Made by a program: the position numbers and the translations under genes. Source: Chthoniobacteraceae bacterium (GTDB taxonomy: Bacteria; Verrucomicrobiota; Verrucomicrobiia; Chthoniobacterales; Chthoniobacteraceae). Taken from it: a stretch of DNA of 64,000 bases. Of the stretch, positions 39,615 through 48,678 are shown one piece after another. The stretch spans positions 32,001 to 96,000 of the forward strand of contig JANNWY010000212.1 of assembly GCA_031409335.1 (NCBI GenBank), read 5' to 3'. The notes beneath the pieces are model-generated. The model worked only from the letters and a program-made list of their open reading frames with translations. It was not told the origin of the DNA and did not search any database. Positions within the stretch are counted from its first letter, which is position 1. Each line of letters begins with the position of its first letter.

Positions 39615-41984
39615 CTGAAAATCTCACCACTCAATCTCAAACTGCTCCGCGATGCCGGGCGGATGAAAGGGCAGATGTTCGCCGTGGGCATCGTGATGGC
39701 GTGCGGGCTGGCGATGATGATCATGGCGCGCAGCCTCATTTTTTCACTCGAATCCACGCGCGACGCGTACTACGAGCGCAATCGGTTCGCCGATGTTTTC
39801 AGCAGCCTAAAACGCGCGCCGAATTCGCTGCGGTCGCGGCTCGCGGAAATCCCCGGGGTCGCCGCCGCCGAGACGCGCGTGGTGGGAAGTCTGACGCTCG
39901 ATTTACCGGGTCTCGCGGAGCCCGCGGATGGCACGATCCTCTCGCTTCCCGAAGATCGGCCACCGCAATTGAACCGGCTCTACCTGCGGCGCGGGCGTCT
40001 CCCGGAAGCGGGGAGCCAAAACGAAATCGTCGCGGGCGAAGCGTTCGCGCTCGCGCATGGATTCGAGCCGGGGAATACCATCGAGGCAACGATCTACGGT
40101 GCGCGGCAGACGTTAAAAATCGTCGGCATCGCGCTCTCGCCGGAATACGTCTTCGAGGCGCGCGCGGGCGAGACGCTGCCGGACAACCGGCGCTTCGGCG
40201 TCTTCTGGATGAACGAGCGCGAACTCGCGACCGCGCTCGATCTCGATGGCGCATTCAACAACGTGCTGCTCGATGTCGCGCCCGGCGGTGATCGCGTTGG
40301 CGTGATCAAGGAACTCGATCGACTGCTCGCGCCATACGGCGGGCTCGTCGCGTACGACCGGCGCGATCATCCATCCGCGCTCCGGCTCAATGACGAAATC
40401 GGCGTCCTCCGCGCACTCTCCGTCGTGTTCCCGATCGTCTTCCTGAGCATCGCCGCATTCATGACGAGCGCGGTGCTCACCCGGCTGATCCGGCTCCAGC
40501 GCGAGCAGATCGCGCAGCTCAAGGCGCTCGGCTATTCGTCGCGCGAAGTGGGGATGCACTACATCAAATTTGGCCTCTTCATCGTGGCGATCGGCACGGT
40601 CATCGGCGGCATCGCGGGCATGTGGCTCGGGAGTGCGGTCGTCGGCGTTTATCACCAGTTCTTCCGCTTCCCGTCGCTCACGTTTCACCCGAATTACCCC
40701 GCCGTCGGCATCGCGCTGCTCGTGAGCTGCGGCGCGGCGCTCGTGGGTGTGCTCGGCGCGGTCGGGCAGGCGATGCGGCTCCCGCCCGCGGAGGCGATGC
40801 GGCCCGAGCCGCCTGCGGATTTCAAGGAGTCGCTCGCCGAGCGCATCGGCCTGGCAAACCTGGTCTCGCCAGCATTCCGCATGGCTTTGAGAAATTTGGA
40901 GCGCAAGCCGTGGCAAGCCGTCTTCACCACGCTCGGCCTCGCGCTCGCGACCGGAATTCCCATCGTCCCCGGCGCGATGCGCGATGGCATCAATCATCTG
41001 CTCGGCTTCCAGTGGGATCAGGCGCAGCGGCAGAATGTGACCGTGAATTTCATCGAGCCCGGCTCCGCATCGTCACTCACCGATTTGGTGAATCTACCCG
41101 GTGTGATGATCGCCGAGCCTTTCCGCAATGTGCCCGCGCGGCTGCGTTTCGGCCATCGCTCGCGTCGGCTCGGCGTCACCGGGCGGCCTTTGAATGCGAC
41201 GTTGAGCCGCGTGCTCGACGCGAAAGGAAATCCGCTTTCGCTTTCACCCGGTGGCCTGCTCATCTCGGCGAAGCTTGCCGAAATCCTCGGCGCAAAACCG
41301 GGCGACCGCATTTCTCTGGAAATCCAGGAAGGCCGCCGGCCCACCGTCGAGGCCACGATCGACGGGCTCATCACCGACTACACCGGCATCATCGCCGTCA
41401 TGGAGATCGGCGCGCTGCACCGGCTGCTGCGCGAAGGCGGCAGCATCAGCGGCGCGCATCTCGCAGTCGATGCCGCGCAGTGGCCGCGCTTTCTGGGAAA
41501 GGTGAAAGAAGCCCCGCGCATCGGCAGCCTCGGCATCAAGGAAGCGTCGCGCGCGAGCTTTCGGAAAACGACGGCGGAATCCATCGGCATGATCCAGACC
41601 CTGTATTTCAGCTTCGCGACGGTCGTGGCATTTGGCGTCGTGTACAACAGCGCGCGCATCGCCCTGAGCGAACGCAGCCGCGACCTCGCCACGCTGCGCG
41701 TCATCGGCTTCACCCACCGCGAAGTCGCGTCCGTGCTCGTCGGCGAACTCGCGCTCCTCACGCTCCTCGCGCTCCCCGTCGGCCTCGCGATCGGCAGCGG
41801 CCTCGCCTACGGGATCGTCACCGCCGCCAGCACGGAAACCGTCCGCCTTCCCCTCGTGCTGAGCAGCCGCAGCTACTCGACCGCCGTGCTCATCGTGCTG
41901 CTTTCCTCCGCCGCATCGTTCGCAGTCGTGAGCCTGCGCCTGCACAAGCTCGACCTACTCGGCGTCTTGAAAGCGCACGAGTGA
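39615..41984 (+). CDS. ABC exporter permease (double FtsX/MacB-type)
   Basis: SPLNLKLLRD..RMKGQ N-terminus, QREQIAQLKALGY, ERSRDLATLRVIGF; first ATG is 39663, but the conserved-looking N-terminus extends to ~39615 without an ATG. Confidence 0.9.
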   Translation: MKISPLNLKLLRDAGRMKGQMFAVGIVMACGLAMMIMARSLIFSLESTRDAYYERNRFADVFSSLKRAPNSLRSRLAEIPGVAAAETRVVGSLTLDLPGLAEPADGTILSLPEDRPPQLNRLYLRRGRLPEAGSQNEIVAGEAFALAHGFEPGNTIEATIYGARQTLKIVGIALSPEYVFEARAGETLPDNRRFGVFWMNERELATALDLDGAFNNVLLDVAPGGDRVGVIKELDRLLAPYGGLVAYDRRDHPSALRLNDEIGVLRALSVVFPIVFLSIAAFMTSAVLTRLIRLQREQIAQLKALGYSSREVGMHYIKFGLFIVAIGTVIGGIAGMWLGSAVVGVYHQFFRFPSLTFHPNYPAVGIALLVSCGAALVGVLGAVGQAMRLPPAEAMRPEPPADFKESLAERIGLANLVSPAFRMALRNLERKPWQAVFTTLGLALATGIPIVPGAMRDGINHLLGFQWDQAQRQNVTVNFIEPGSASSLTDLVNLPGVMIAEPFRNVPARLRFGHRSRRLGVTGRPLNATLSRVLDAKGNPLSLSPGGLLISAKLAEILGAKPGDRISLEIQEGRRPTVEATIDGLITDYTGIIAVMEIGALHRLLREGGSISGAHLAVDAAQWPRFLGKVKEAPRIGSLGIKEASRASFRKTTAESIGMIQTLYFSFATVVAFGVVYNSARIALSERSRDLATLRVIGFTHREVASVLVGELALLTLLALPVGLAIGSGLAYGIVTAASTETVRLPLVLSSRSYSTAVLIVLLSSAASFAVVSLRLHKLDLLGVLKAHE

Positions 41985-42025
41985 ATCCATTTGCCGACGC
42001 GGAGCTTAAGCGGCTTACTTTTCGC

Positions 42026-42349
42026 ATGGTTTCCATGACGGACATCCAGACCTATTGCGACGCCATCGGGGCGGCGTTCAAGCCTCATCGGATCATCCTT
42101 TTCGGCTCCCATGCCTATGGAAAGCCGCACGCGGATTCCGACGTGGACGTGTTTGTAATGATGCCGAAATCGCGACAGCTTGGTCGGCGCGCTTCGCTGA
42201 AAATCCGGGAAAAAGTGAACGCTGATTTTCCGGTGGATATCGTCGTGCGCGATCCCGCGTTTGTCGCGGAGCGGCTGCGCGAGGGGGATACGTTCCTGGA
42301 AGAAATTACCGTCAAAGGCCGCGTGATGTATGAAGGCGGCGACGCGTGA
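42026..42349 (+). CDS. minimal nucleotidyltransferase (MNT) antitoxin
   Basis: IILFGSHAYG.P..DSDVD, PVDIVV; overlaps HEPN gene. Confidence 0.9.
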   Translation: MVSMTDIQTYCDAIGAAFKPHRIILFGSHAYGKPHADSDVDVFVMMPKSRQLGRRASLKIREKVNADFPVDIVVRDPAFVAERLREGDTFLEEITVKGRVMYEGGDA

Positions 42350-42710
42350 CTGGATTCGGAAGGCGGAGGGCGACTACCTCGCGGCGGTCGCGTTGTCGCG
42401 CCGGAGAAAAGTCCCGCTGCACGATCAGGTGTGTTTTCACTGCCAGCAGAGCGCGGAAAAATATCTCAAGGCGCGACTCGAAGAAGCCGGGATTCCTTCG
42501 CCAAAAACTCATGATTTGGAAAAACTGCTTATTCTTGTGACGCACGTCGAACCACTTTGGTCGGCGCTCGGATTGCATCTGAAACGTCTCACGGATTACG
42601 CGGTTAATTTCAGATATCCCGGGAGCGAAGCGACCGCCCGGGAAGCCAAAACAGCGCTGGCGGATTGCAAAGCGATGCGAAAAGAAGCGCGAATCGCCCT
42701 TCACCTGTAG
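42330..42710 (+). CDS. HEPN domain protein (MNT-HEPN pair)
   Basis: W..KAEGD, CFHCQQSAEKYLKA, PKTHDL..L, YAV.FRYP. Confidence 0.92.
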   Translation: MKAATRDWIRKAEGDYLAAVALSRRRKVPLHDQVCFHCQQSAEKYLKARLEEAGIPSPKTHDLEKLLILVTHVEPLWSALGLHLKRLTDYAVNFRYPGSEATAREAKTALADCKAMRKEARIALHL

Positions 42711-42719
42711 GATTTGAAA

Positions 42720-43976
42720 ATGCCATCCGCCGCATCGTCAGCCCGCGCCGAGTCGCAGCTTGCAAAGAGTCGCCAGCGCAAGAATGGCGCGTGGCGGAAG
42801 CTCGTGCCCTACGCGCTGGCCGCCGCGCTGCTCGCCGCGATCGTTTACGGGTTTTTGCCAAAGCCGATCGAAGTCGAGATCGCGTCCGTGACCACGGGGC
42901 CGCTCACGGTTTCCGTGCTGGAGGAAGGCAAGACGCGCATCCGGCATCGCTACACGATTTCGCCGCCGATCGCTGGATTTCTCAATCGCGTGGAGCTGCG
43001 CGCGGGCGCTCCGATTGAAAAAGGCAGGACGGTGCTCGCCACGATGCAGCCGCAACTCGCGAGCTTTCTCGATCCGCGTTCGCGGGCCGAGGCGGAGGCG
43101 CGGGTGAAAGGCGCGGAGGCGGCGAAGATGCGCGCGCAGGCGGAAGTGGAGCGCGCCCGCGATTCGCTGGGGCTGGCGGAGAAGGAGCGCGTGCGCGCGG
43201 TGGATTTGAAGAAAAAGGGGGTCGCGTCGCAAAAGGAATTCGACATCGCGGAAGCGCAGGCAGCGATGAGCGGGCGCGAATTGCGCGCGGCGGAATTTGC
43301 GCTGGAAGTCGCGGGATTCGAAAAGACCCAGGCAGATGCCGCGCTGATGCAGACGCAATCGCCGGGCGAGGTCGCCGCGAAACCGGTCGAGATCATCGCG
43401 CCGGTGAACGGTTTTGTGCTCACCGTTTTCGAGGAAAGCGCGCGCGTCGTGGCGCAGGGCACGCCGATCATGGAAGTGGGCGATCCGGCGGATCTCGAGG
43501 CGGAGATCGAACTGCTTTCCAGCGATGCCGTGGGTGTGCAGCCGGGCGCGGAAGTTTCCATCGAGCAATGGGGCGGCGGGAAACCGTTGCGCGGAACGGT
43601 GACGCTGATCGAGCCCGGCGGCTTCACGAAAATCTCCGCGCTCGGAGTCGAGGAGCAGCGCGTGAAGGTGCGCGTGAATTTTGCCGAACCCATCCCGCCC
43701 GAGCACCCGCTCGGCGATCGCTTCCGAGTCGAGGCGCGCATCGTCACTTGGAAAAGCGAGCGCGTTCTCCAAGTGCCGACTGGCGCGCTTTTCCGCCGGG
43801 GCGGTGACTGGATGGCGTTCCTCTTCGACGGTGGAAAAGCGCGCATCACGAAAGTCGAAATCGCCCACAACAACGGCGTCGCCGCCGAAGTCGTGAGCGG
43901 CCTGAGCGAAGGCCAGCGCGTCCTGCTTCATCCGCCGGATACCGTGGCCGACGGTGCGGCGGTGAAGCCGCGTTGA
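42720..43976 (+). CDS. efflux membrane-fusion (HlyD-family) periplasmic adaptor
   Basis: TM anchor, EEGKTR, ISPPIAG, helical hairpin, APVNG.V, KISALGVEEQRV, VPTGALFR. Confidence 0.92.
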   Translation: MPSAASSARAESQLAKSRQRKNGAWRKLVPYALAAALLAAIVYGFLPKPIEVEIASVTTGPLTVSVLEEGKTRIRHRYTISPPIAGFLNRVELRAGAPIEKGRTVLATMQPQLASFLDPRSRAEAEARVKGAEAAKMRAQAEVERARDSLGLAEKERVRAVDLKKKGVASQKEFDIAEAQAAMSGRELRAAEFALEVAGFEKTQADAALMQTQSPGEVAAKPVEIIAPVNGFVLTVFEESARVVAQGTPIMEVGDPADLEAEIELLSSDAVGVQPGAEVSIEQWGGGKPLRGTVTLIEPGGFTKISALGVEEQRVKVRVNFAEPIPPEHPLGDRFRVEARIVTWKSERVLQVPTGALFRRGGDWMAFLFDGGKARITKVEIAHNNGVAAEVVSGLSEGQRVLLHPPDTVADGAAVKPR

Positions 43977-44043
43977 AGACTTGTTTCGCGCCGCCGCCGT
44001 CGCTTAAGTGCCGCTCTTCAAATTTCCCAAACCGACTTTCCCA

Positions 44044-45285
44044 ATGCCCATCTACATCGAAATGCCGAAGCTCAGCGATACCATGACCGAGGGCACGCTC
44101 CTCAAGTGGATCAAACAGGTGGGCGATAAAGTGGAGAGCGGTGATGTGGTGGCCGAGGTCGAGACGGATAAGGCGACGATGGAAATGGAGGCGTTTGACG
44201 ATGGCATTTTGCACAAGCATCTTGTCGCGCCTGGCGCAAAAGTGGCGATTGGCGGAAGAATCGCGCTGCTTTTGCAAAAGGGCGAAAAGGCTCCCGCGGA
44301 AGGCGAGGCGATTCCTGAAAGCCCGCGGAACATCGCCGCGAAAGCGGACACGACTGCGCCGCCGGTGCAGGCAAAGGCTCCCGCTGCCACAGGGGCGGCT
44401 GCGAGTGGTGCGCGGGTGAAGGTCTCGCCGCTGGCGAAAAAGATCGCGGCTTCAAAAGGCGTGGAGCTTTCCAACGTCAGCGGCACAGGCCCCGGCGGGC
44501 GGATCGTGGCGAAGGATGTCGAGAGCGCGGGAACGTCCAACGTTCAACGTTCAACTTCCAACGTCCAAATCCCTGCCACGCCGGCGGGCGCGGGCGATCA
44601 GCGTTTGCCGCTCAGCGGGATGCGCCGGATCATCGCCGAACGACTCCTCACCAGCAAAACGACCATCCCGCATTTCTATCTCCACATCGAAGTCGATGCC
44701 GGGCCACTGATGAAGGCGCGCGCTGCGTTGAACGCGGTGACCGAGGCCTCTGGCGGACCGAAATTTACAGTCAACGATTTCATCCTGAAAGCGGTCGTGA
44801 GCGCGGCGGTGAAAGTGCCCGCGGTGAATGCCAGCTTTGCGGGCGACGCCATCATTCAATACGGCAGCGTGAATCTCAGCGTCGCGGTCGCGGTCGAGGA
44901 CGGACTCGTCACGCCCGTCATCCGCGATGCGCAGAAAAAATCGCTGCGCGAAATCAGCGAAGGCGTGAAAGACCTCGCGACCCGCGCGCGTGGCAAAAAG
45001 CTAAAACCCGAGGAATACGCAGGCGGCACCATCACCGTTTCGAATCTCGGCGCGTACGGCATCGAATCCTTCAGCGCGATCATCAATCCGCCGCAGGCCA
45101 TGATCCTCGCCATCGGTGCGATCGTGAAAAAGCCGGTGGTGAATGACGAAGGGCAGATCGTCGTGGGCCAGCGCATGAGCGTCGGCCTGAGCGCGGATCA
45201 CCGCGTGGTCGATGGCGCAGTCGGTGCGACCTATCTCGCGGAATTGCGGAAGCTCATCGAGCATCCGACGCTGATGCTGCTGTAG
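44044..45285 (+). CDS. pdhC: pyruvate dehydrogenase E2 (dihydrolipoamide acetyltransferase)
   Basis: Lipoyl domain MPKLSDTMTEG...ETDKA, E3-binding SPLAKK...GTGPGGRI, catalytic DHRVVDGA. Confidence 0.96.
   Translation: MPIYIEMPKLSDTMTEGTLLKWIKQVGDKVESGDVVAEVETDKATMEMEAFDDGILHKHLVAPGAKVAIGGRIALLLQKGEKAPAEGEAIPESPRNIAAKADTTAPPVQAKAPAATGAAASGARVKVSPLAKKIAASKGVELSNVSGTGPGGRIVAKDVESAGTSNVQRSTSNVQIPATPAGAGDQRLPLSGMRRIIAERLLTSKTTIPHFYLHIEVDAGPLMKARAALNAVTEASGGPKFTVNDFILKAVVSAAVKVPAVNASFAGDAIIQYGSVNLSVAVAVEDGLVTPVIRDAQKKSLREISEGVKDLATRARGKKLKPEEYAGGTITVSNLGAYGIESFSAIINPPQAMILAIGAIVKKPVVNDEGQIVVGQRMSVGLSADHRVVDGAVGATYLAELRKLIEHPTLMLL
44532..44566 (+). repeat. heptamer tandem repeat in pdhC linker
   Basis: AACGTCC AACGTTC AACGTTC AACTTCC AACGTCC, encoding TSNVQRSTSNVQ. 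Confidence 0.8.
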
Positions 45286-45327
45286 GCGTGGGTTGCCTTT
45301 CCGCGAGCGTTGCGTCATCGTCTCGGA

Positions 45328-45981
45328 ATGGTCGTTCAGACGCCAACGCCGAAACCCGCCCGCAATGGAGGGGCGTCGCGCATCACCTTCGGCCCGCTTG
45401 CCGACCGGTTCGGAGTGTCGCTGCCGCGGGCGATGTCGGAGGATGAATTTTTCAACTTCTGCCAGGCCAACGATCCCATGCGCATCGAGCGCACTCACGA
45501 AGGAGAAATCATCATGATGGCACCGACCGGCGGCGAATCCGGAAATCAAAGCGGAGAAACTTTTGGCCAACTTCGAGACTGGGCTCGCCGCGATGGCGAT
45601 GGCATAGCTTTCGACTCTTCGGCAGGCTTCGTTCTCCCGAACGGAGCCATGCGCGCGCCCGACGTGGCGTGGGTGCGCCGCAAACGGCTCGCGACATTGA
45701 CCGCGGAACAGAAGCGCAAATTTCTCCCACTCTGCCCCGACTTCGTGATCGAAGTGCGCTCCCCCACCGATCGCATCGCCAAGCTCAAGGAAAAGATGGC
45801 CGAATACCTCGCCAACGGCGCGCAACTCGGCTGGCTGATCGAGCCCGACCAGCGCCGGGTCCACGTCTATTCGCCCGACGGTCGCGTCGAGATTCTCAAA
45901 AATCCGCGAAGCATCTCGGGCGATCCGTTGCTCCCCGGTTTCACGCTCGATCTCCAGCCGATTTGGGAACCGGGCTGGTAG
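45328..45981 (+). CDS. Uma2 family (PD-(D/E)xK) endonuclease
   Basis: RIER...GEIIMMAPTG, FDSSAGF.LPNGA.RAPDVAW, CPDFVIEVRSPTD, KM.EY..NG..LGWLI.P. Confidence 0.93.
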   Translation: MVVQTPTPKPARNGGASRITFGPLADRFGVSLPRAMSEDEFFNFCQANDPMRIERTHEGEIIMMAPTGGESGNQSGETFGQLRDWARRDGDGIAFDSSAGFVLPNGAMRAPDVAWVRRKRLATLTAEQKRKFLPLCPDFVIEVRSPTDRIAKLKEKMAEYLANGAQLGWLIEPDQRRVHVYSPDGRVEILKNPRSISGDPLLPGFTLDLQPIWEPGW

Positions 45982-46004
45982 GCGGCGTGCGTCGCAGATT
46001 GACC

Positions 46005-46067
46005 GGCGCGACCTACCTCGCGGAACTGCGGAAGCTGATCGAGAATCCGACGCTGATGTTGTTGTAA
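46005..46067 (+). pseudogene. second copy of pdhC 3' end (att-like remnant)
   Basis: Encodes GATYLAELRKLIENPTLMLL-TAA; 55/63 nt identical to 45223-45285. Confidence 0.92.
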
Positions 46068-46090
46068 GTCTGTTGTCGGTTGGACGCGTT

Positions 46091-47587
46091 TTACTGTCCG
46101 TTTAGTTTCCCGCGACTGATTTTGAGAGTCGATTTCAGGTTCTTTTGAGTCGCGGGGTTGGAGGTTTCCACGGTTTTCTTGGTCAAAGCTTCATAGATAT
46201 TCACCTTTAAGTCCCCCGCCCAGCCATTGGTGTACGCGTTGCTCACGCCGATTTCCATGCCTGGCCCGCTCGGAACTTTCAGGACCACCGTTGCTTCCAC
46301 CTGACTCGGCGAGCGGTCGATGACCGTCTTTTCAAAGCCGAAAGCGCGCTCGCTTTTAACAAAGCCAATATCGTCACGATCCCAACCGCTTACAAAATGT
46401 GGCGGCACGATGAGCTTGGCGACGGCCTCGGCTGTGCTCGGAAAGGTCAGTTCGCATACTGCGGACGGACCCGAAAAGCTGATCAAAAGGGATGCGGTCA
46501 GTTCTTTGGTTGGCATCCCAGCCTTTCCTTCGCGAAAGGAAGCTTCCCAATCGTTGAGTTCGATGCACGCAATTTTCCAACGGGGGATGAGCACTGGCTG
46601 ACCCAGCCCCGACTTTAGCCGGACAGAGTATTCATCCATGCTAAGCATCCGGCCCGTCACTAACTGGTAGTCCAGGAGGAATATCCTCGCTTCCGTCGTG
46701 TCTTTCGGTGACGAGGGAGAAGGTTGGGGAGGCAAAGTCCTGACATTGGGAACGATGACCTCATTGCACGAAACACAGTCCACCTTATACGGTTGCAGGC
46801 TGGCTTTCAGCTTTGCCAGCGGCACTTCGAACCGGCTCCAAAATTCCTTGATCGGCTTTTTCAATGCCACCAACTCCTTACCATCCGTTGGATTGAGAAA
46901 GCGGATATTGAACGATCCGGCAAAACCATTTGCCCGATTGCAAAGCACTTCGCATTCGAGCAGATCGATAGCCGGGATCAGGAGCGTGACGTCCGCGGAG
47001 AGACTGGTTACTGAACGATCATTGCCTCCTTTTTCGAACCACACGCTCGTTCGATCAGTCCCGGCCTTGTCGTCCGTATCCTGTCCCGCGGTGAATTTTG
47101 GTTGCCCATCCACCTTGGAAATGATCGTGCCCCGGGTGAAGAGGATCGTCGCCGCCTCCGCCTCGCCCTCGCAGACGATCCGAACCTTTACTTCTTGTTT
47201 ATCCTGCCGCTTCTCAGGCGAAAGCCAGTCCGTTAGCTGCATCAGGCTGACCTCGGCCCTTTGAAAGGTCTGCGTCTGCCCACCCATGTCAAAACCAACG
47301 GTCGTCGCGTCGATCTTCGTCACCCGTCCGTTGATCCATCCACGATTGACGAGGAACAGGCGATCAACTCCTTCCTGTGCAGGTTCGCTCTTGAGCCCCG
47401 TTTGCCACGACATCTCCGCTGGTATGGGGTCAGCATAGCCATTGGCTGAAAGCAGTAACAGGCAGCATCCAGCCAAAGTTATCCGCTTGATTGTCTGGAT
47501 CTCGGATCCCGAAGTCGAGCGGGCGAGAACCGCCGTTTTGGTGAACGCGGCCAGGAATGGTTGCGAGCGAAGTATGTTTTGTTTCAT
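46091..47587 (-). CDS. secreted hypothetical protein with internal two-fold duplication
   Basis: Hydrophobic LAGCCLLLLSANGYA; two similar halves; visibly lower GC than the backbone; start uncertain. Confidence 0.75.
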   Translation of the reverse strand: MKQNILRSQPFLAAFTKTAVLARSTSGSEIQTIKRITLAGCCLLLLSANGYADPIPAEMSWQTGLKSEPAQEGVDRLFLVNRGWINGRVTKIDATTVGFDMGGQTQTFQRAEVSLMQLTDWLSPEKRQDKQEVKVRIVCEGEAEAATILFTRGTIISKVDGQPKFTAGQDTDDKAGTDRTSVWFEKGGNDRSVTSLSADVTLLIPAIDLLECEVLCNRANGFAGSFNIRFLNPTDGKELVALKKPIKEFWSRFEVPLAKLKASLQPYKVDCVSCNEVIVPNVRTLPPQPSPSSPKDTTEARIFLLDYQLVTGRMLSMDEYSVRLKSGLGQPVLIPRWKIACIELNDWEASFREGKAGMPTKELTASLLISFSGPSAVCELTFPSTAEAVAKLIVPPHFVSGWDRDDIGFVKSERAFGFEKTVIDRSPSQVEATVVLKVPSGPGMEIGVSNAYTNGWAGDLKVNIYEALTKKTVETSNPATQKNLKSTLKISRGKLNGQ

Positions 47588-47625
47588 AATAAGTATTTGT
47601 TGAGCACGAATAGATGGCTTGCCTT

Positions 47626-48627
47626 TCATAAACCGGGTGGATGGCGCAAAACAAAGTTGGCAGCGTAACGCGGGGACGTGCTCCACCGTGGACCGGATTC
47701 ACCAATACCGCGGTGGCCGCCGGTATCGAAGCGCAATCCGCACACGGTCATGAAGACGTGGCCCCGGCCGGCGTAGATCGTGATCCAGCGACCGGGCCCA
47801 GGTTGCCCATACGACCCGAAGCTGCTCGAGGTCAGAGCCCCGGCGAGAAGCCCGGCCTTCCGCAGCACGTAGGAAACGCTGCCGGAACAATCGTAACCTG
47901 AGTCTTCCATTTGACGATGGCCGCCACCCCACTTGTACGGCTTGTTCTGGAGCATGTTTCCCGCGGCGATGGCGCGCTGCACTTCATGGGGAGCTTCGGT
48001 CGGCACGGCGACAAAGCGCCCCAGCGGCAACCGGAACGGCGGCAGCACCTCCCGGACTGCCTCAGGCGCGCTTGGCGAAAAACCCGCGGCCACCAATTCC
48101 TCAGCCAGGACCAGCGGCCAGCGCTCGTTCTGAAAGAACCCGCGATTGATGGCAAGATGGCGCCGGACGCGGGCGATGAATTCGCCGTGAAAAGCCGAAC
48201 CCGCGCTGGCCAGGGCGGGATACCGCTGCATCGCTTCGGTCTGCGCCGGTTTGGAGGCATCCAAGAGAACAGCCGACTCCGCCGCGGAGTCGCCGGACTT
48301 GGGCGCGGAAACGTCGGAGGGCACACCCGCCGCTGCGACTTCTGCTGCCAGCAAGAGGGGCCACCGCTCATTTTGCAAGAACGCCACATTTTCCACCCGG
48401 TATTTCTCCGCGCGCGCGAGAAATTCGCGATGGAAAGGCGACCCCGCGCGGCTCAGTTGCGGATACTTTGCGATCGCCTCGGCTTGGGCGGATATCGCGG
48501 CACGCAGCGCCGCGCGCGGCGCATTCGGCGGCAGCACGACCGCCTCTTCCGCGACGAGCCTCGCGGCTACGGCGAAGAATAACGTGAGGCAGGACTTCGA
48601 GCCGTATTGTTGGTGGCTGATTTTCAT
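47626..48627 (-). CDS. secreted NlpC/P60-type peptidoglycan hydrolase with two N-terminal repeats of an unrecognised domain
   Basis: PYKWGGGH..MEDSGYDCSGSVSYVL, GHVFM, RHPPGL; repeats AQ.EA...YP.L...GS.FH.EF...WPL.LA.E. Confidence 0.85.
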   Translation of the reverse strand: MKISHQQYGSKSCLTLFFAVAARLVAEEAVVLPPNAPRAALRAAISAQAEAIAKYPQLSRAGSPFHREFLARAEKYRVENVAFLQNERWPLLLAAEVAAAGVPSDVSAPKSGDSAAESAVLLDASKPAQTEAMQRYPALASAGSAFHGEFIARVRRHLAINRGFFQNERWPLVLAEELVAAGFSPSAPEAVREVLPPFRLPLGRFVAVPTEAPHEVQRAIAAGNMLQNKPYKWGGGHRQMEDSGYDCSGSVSYVLRKAGLLAGALTSSSFGSYGQPGPGRWITIYAGRGHVFMTVCGLRFDTGGHRGIGESGPRWSTSPRYAANFVLRHPPGL

Positions 48628-48678
48628 ATTGAGTTCCTTCGATCGGATGCTTGGGATTTTAGTGCGGATGGATTCGCG

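Noticed and set aside
40622..42025. Long N-terminal extension of the MNT ORF (575 aa)
   Set aside because: Off-frame overlap with the permease; the real MNT domain begins at ATG 42026
45669..46067. 132-aa ORF ending in the pdhC C-terminal peptide
   Set aside because: Off-frame overlap with Uma2 that happens to run into the duplicated tail; treated as a remnant, not a gene
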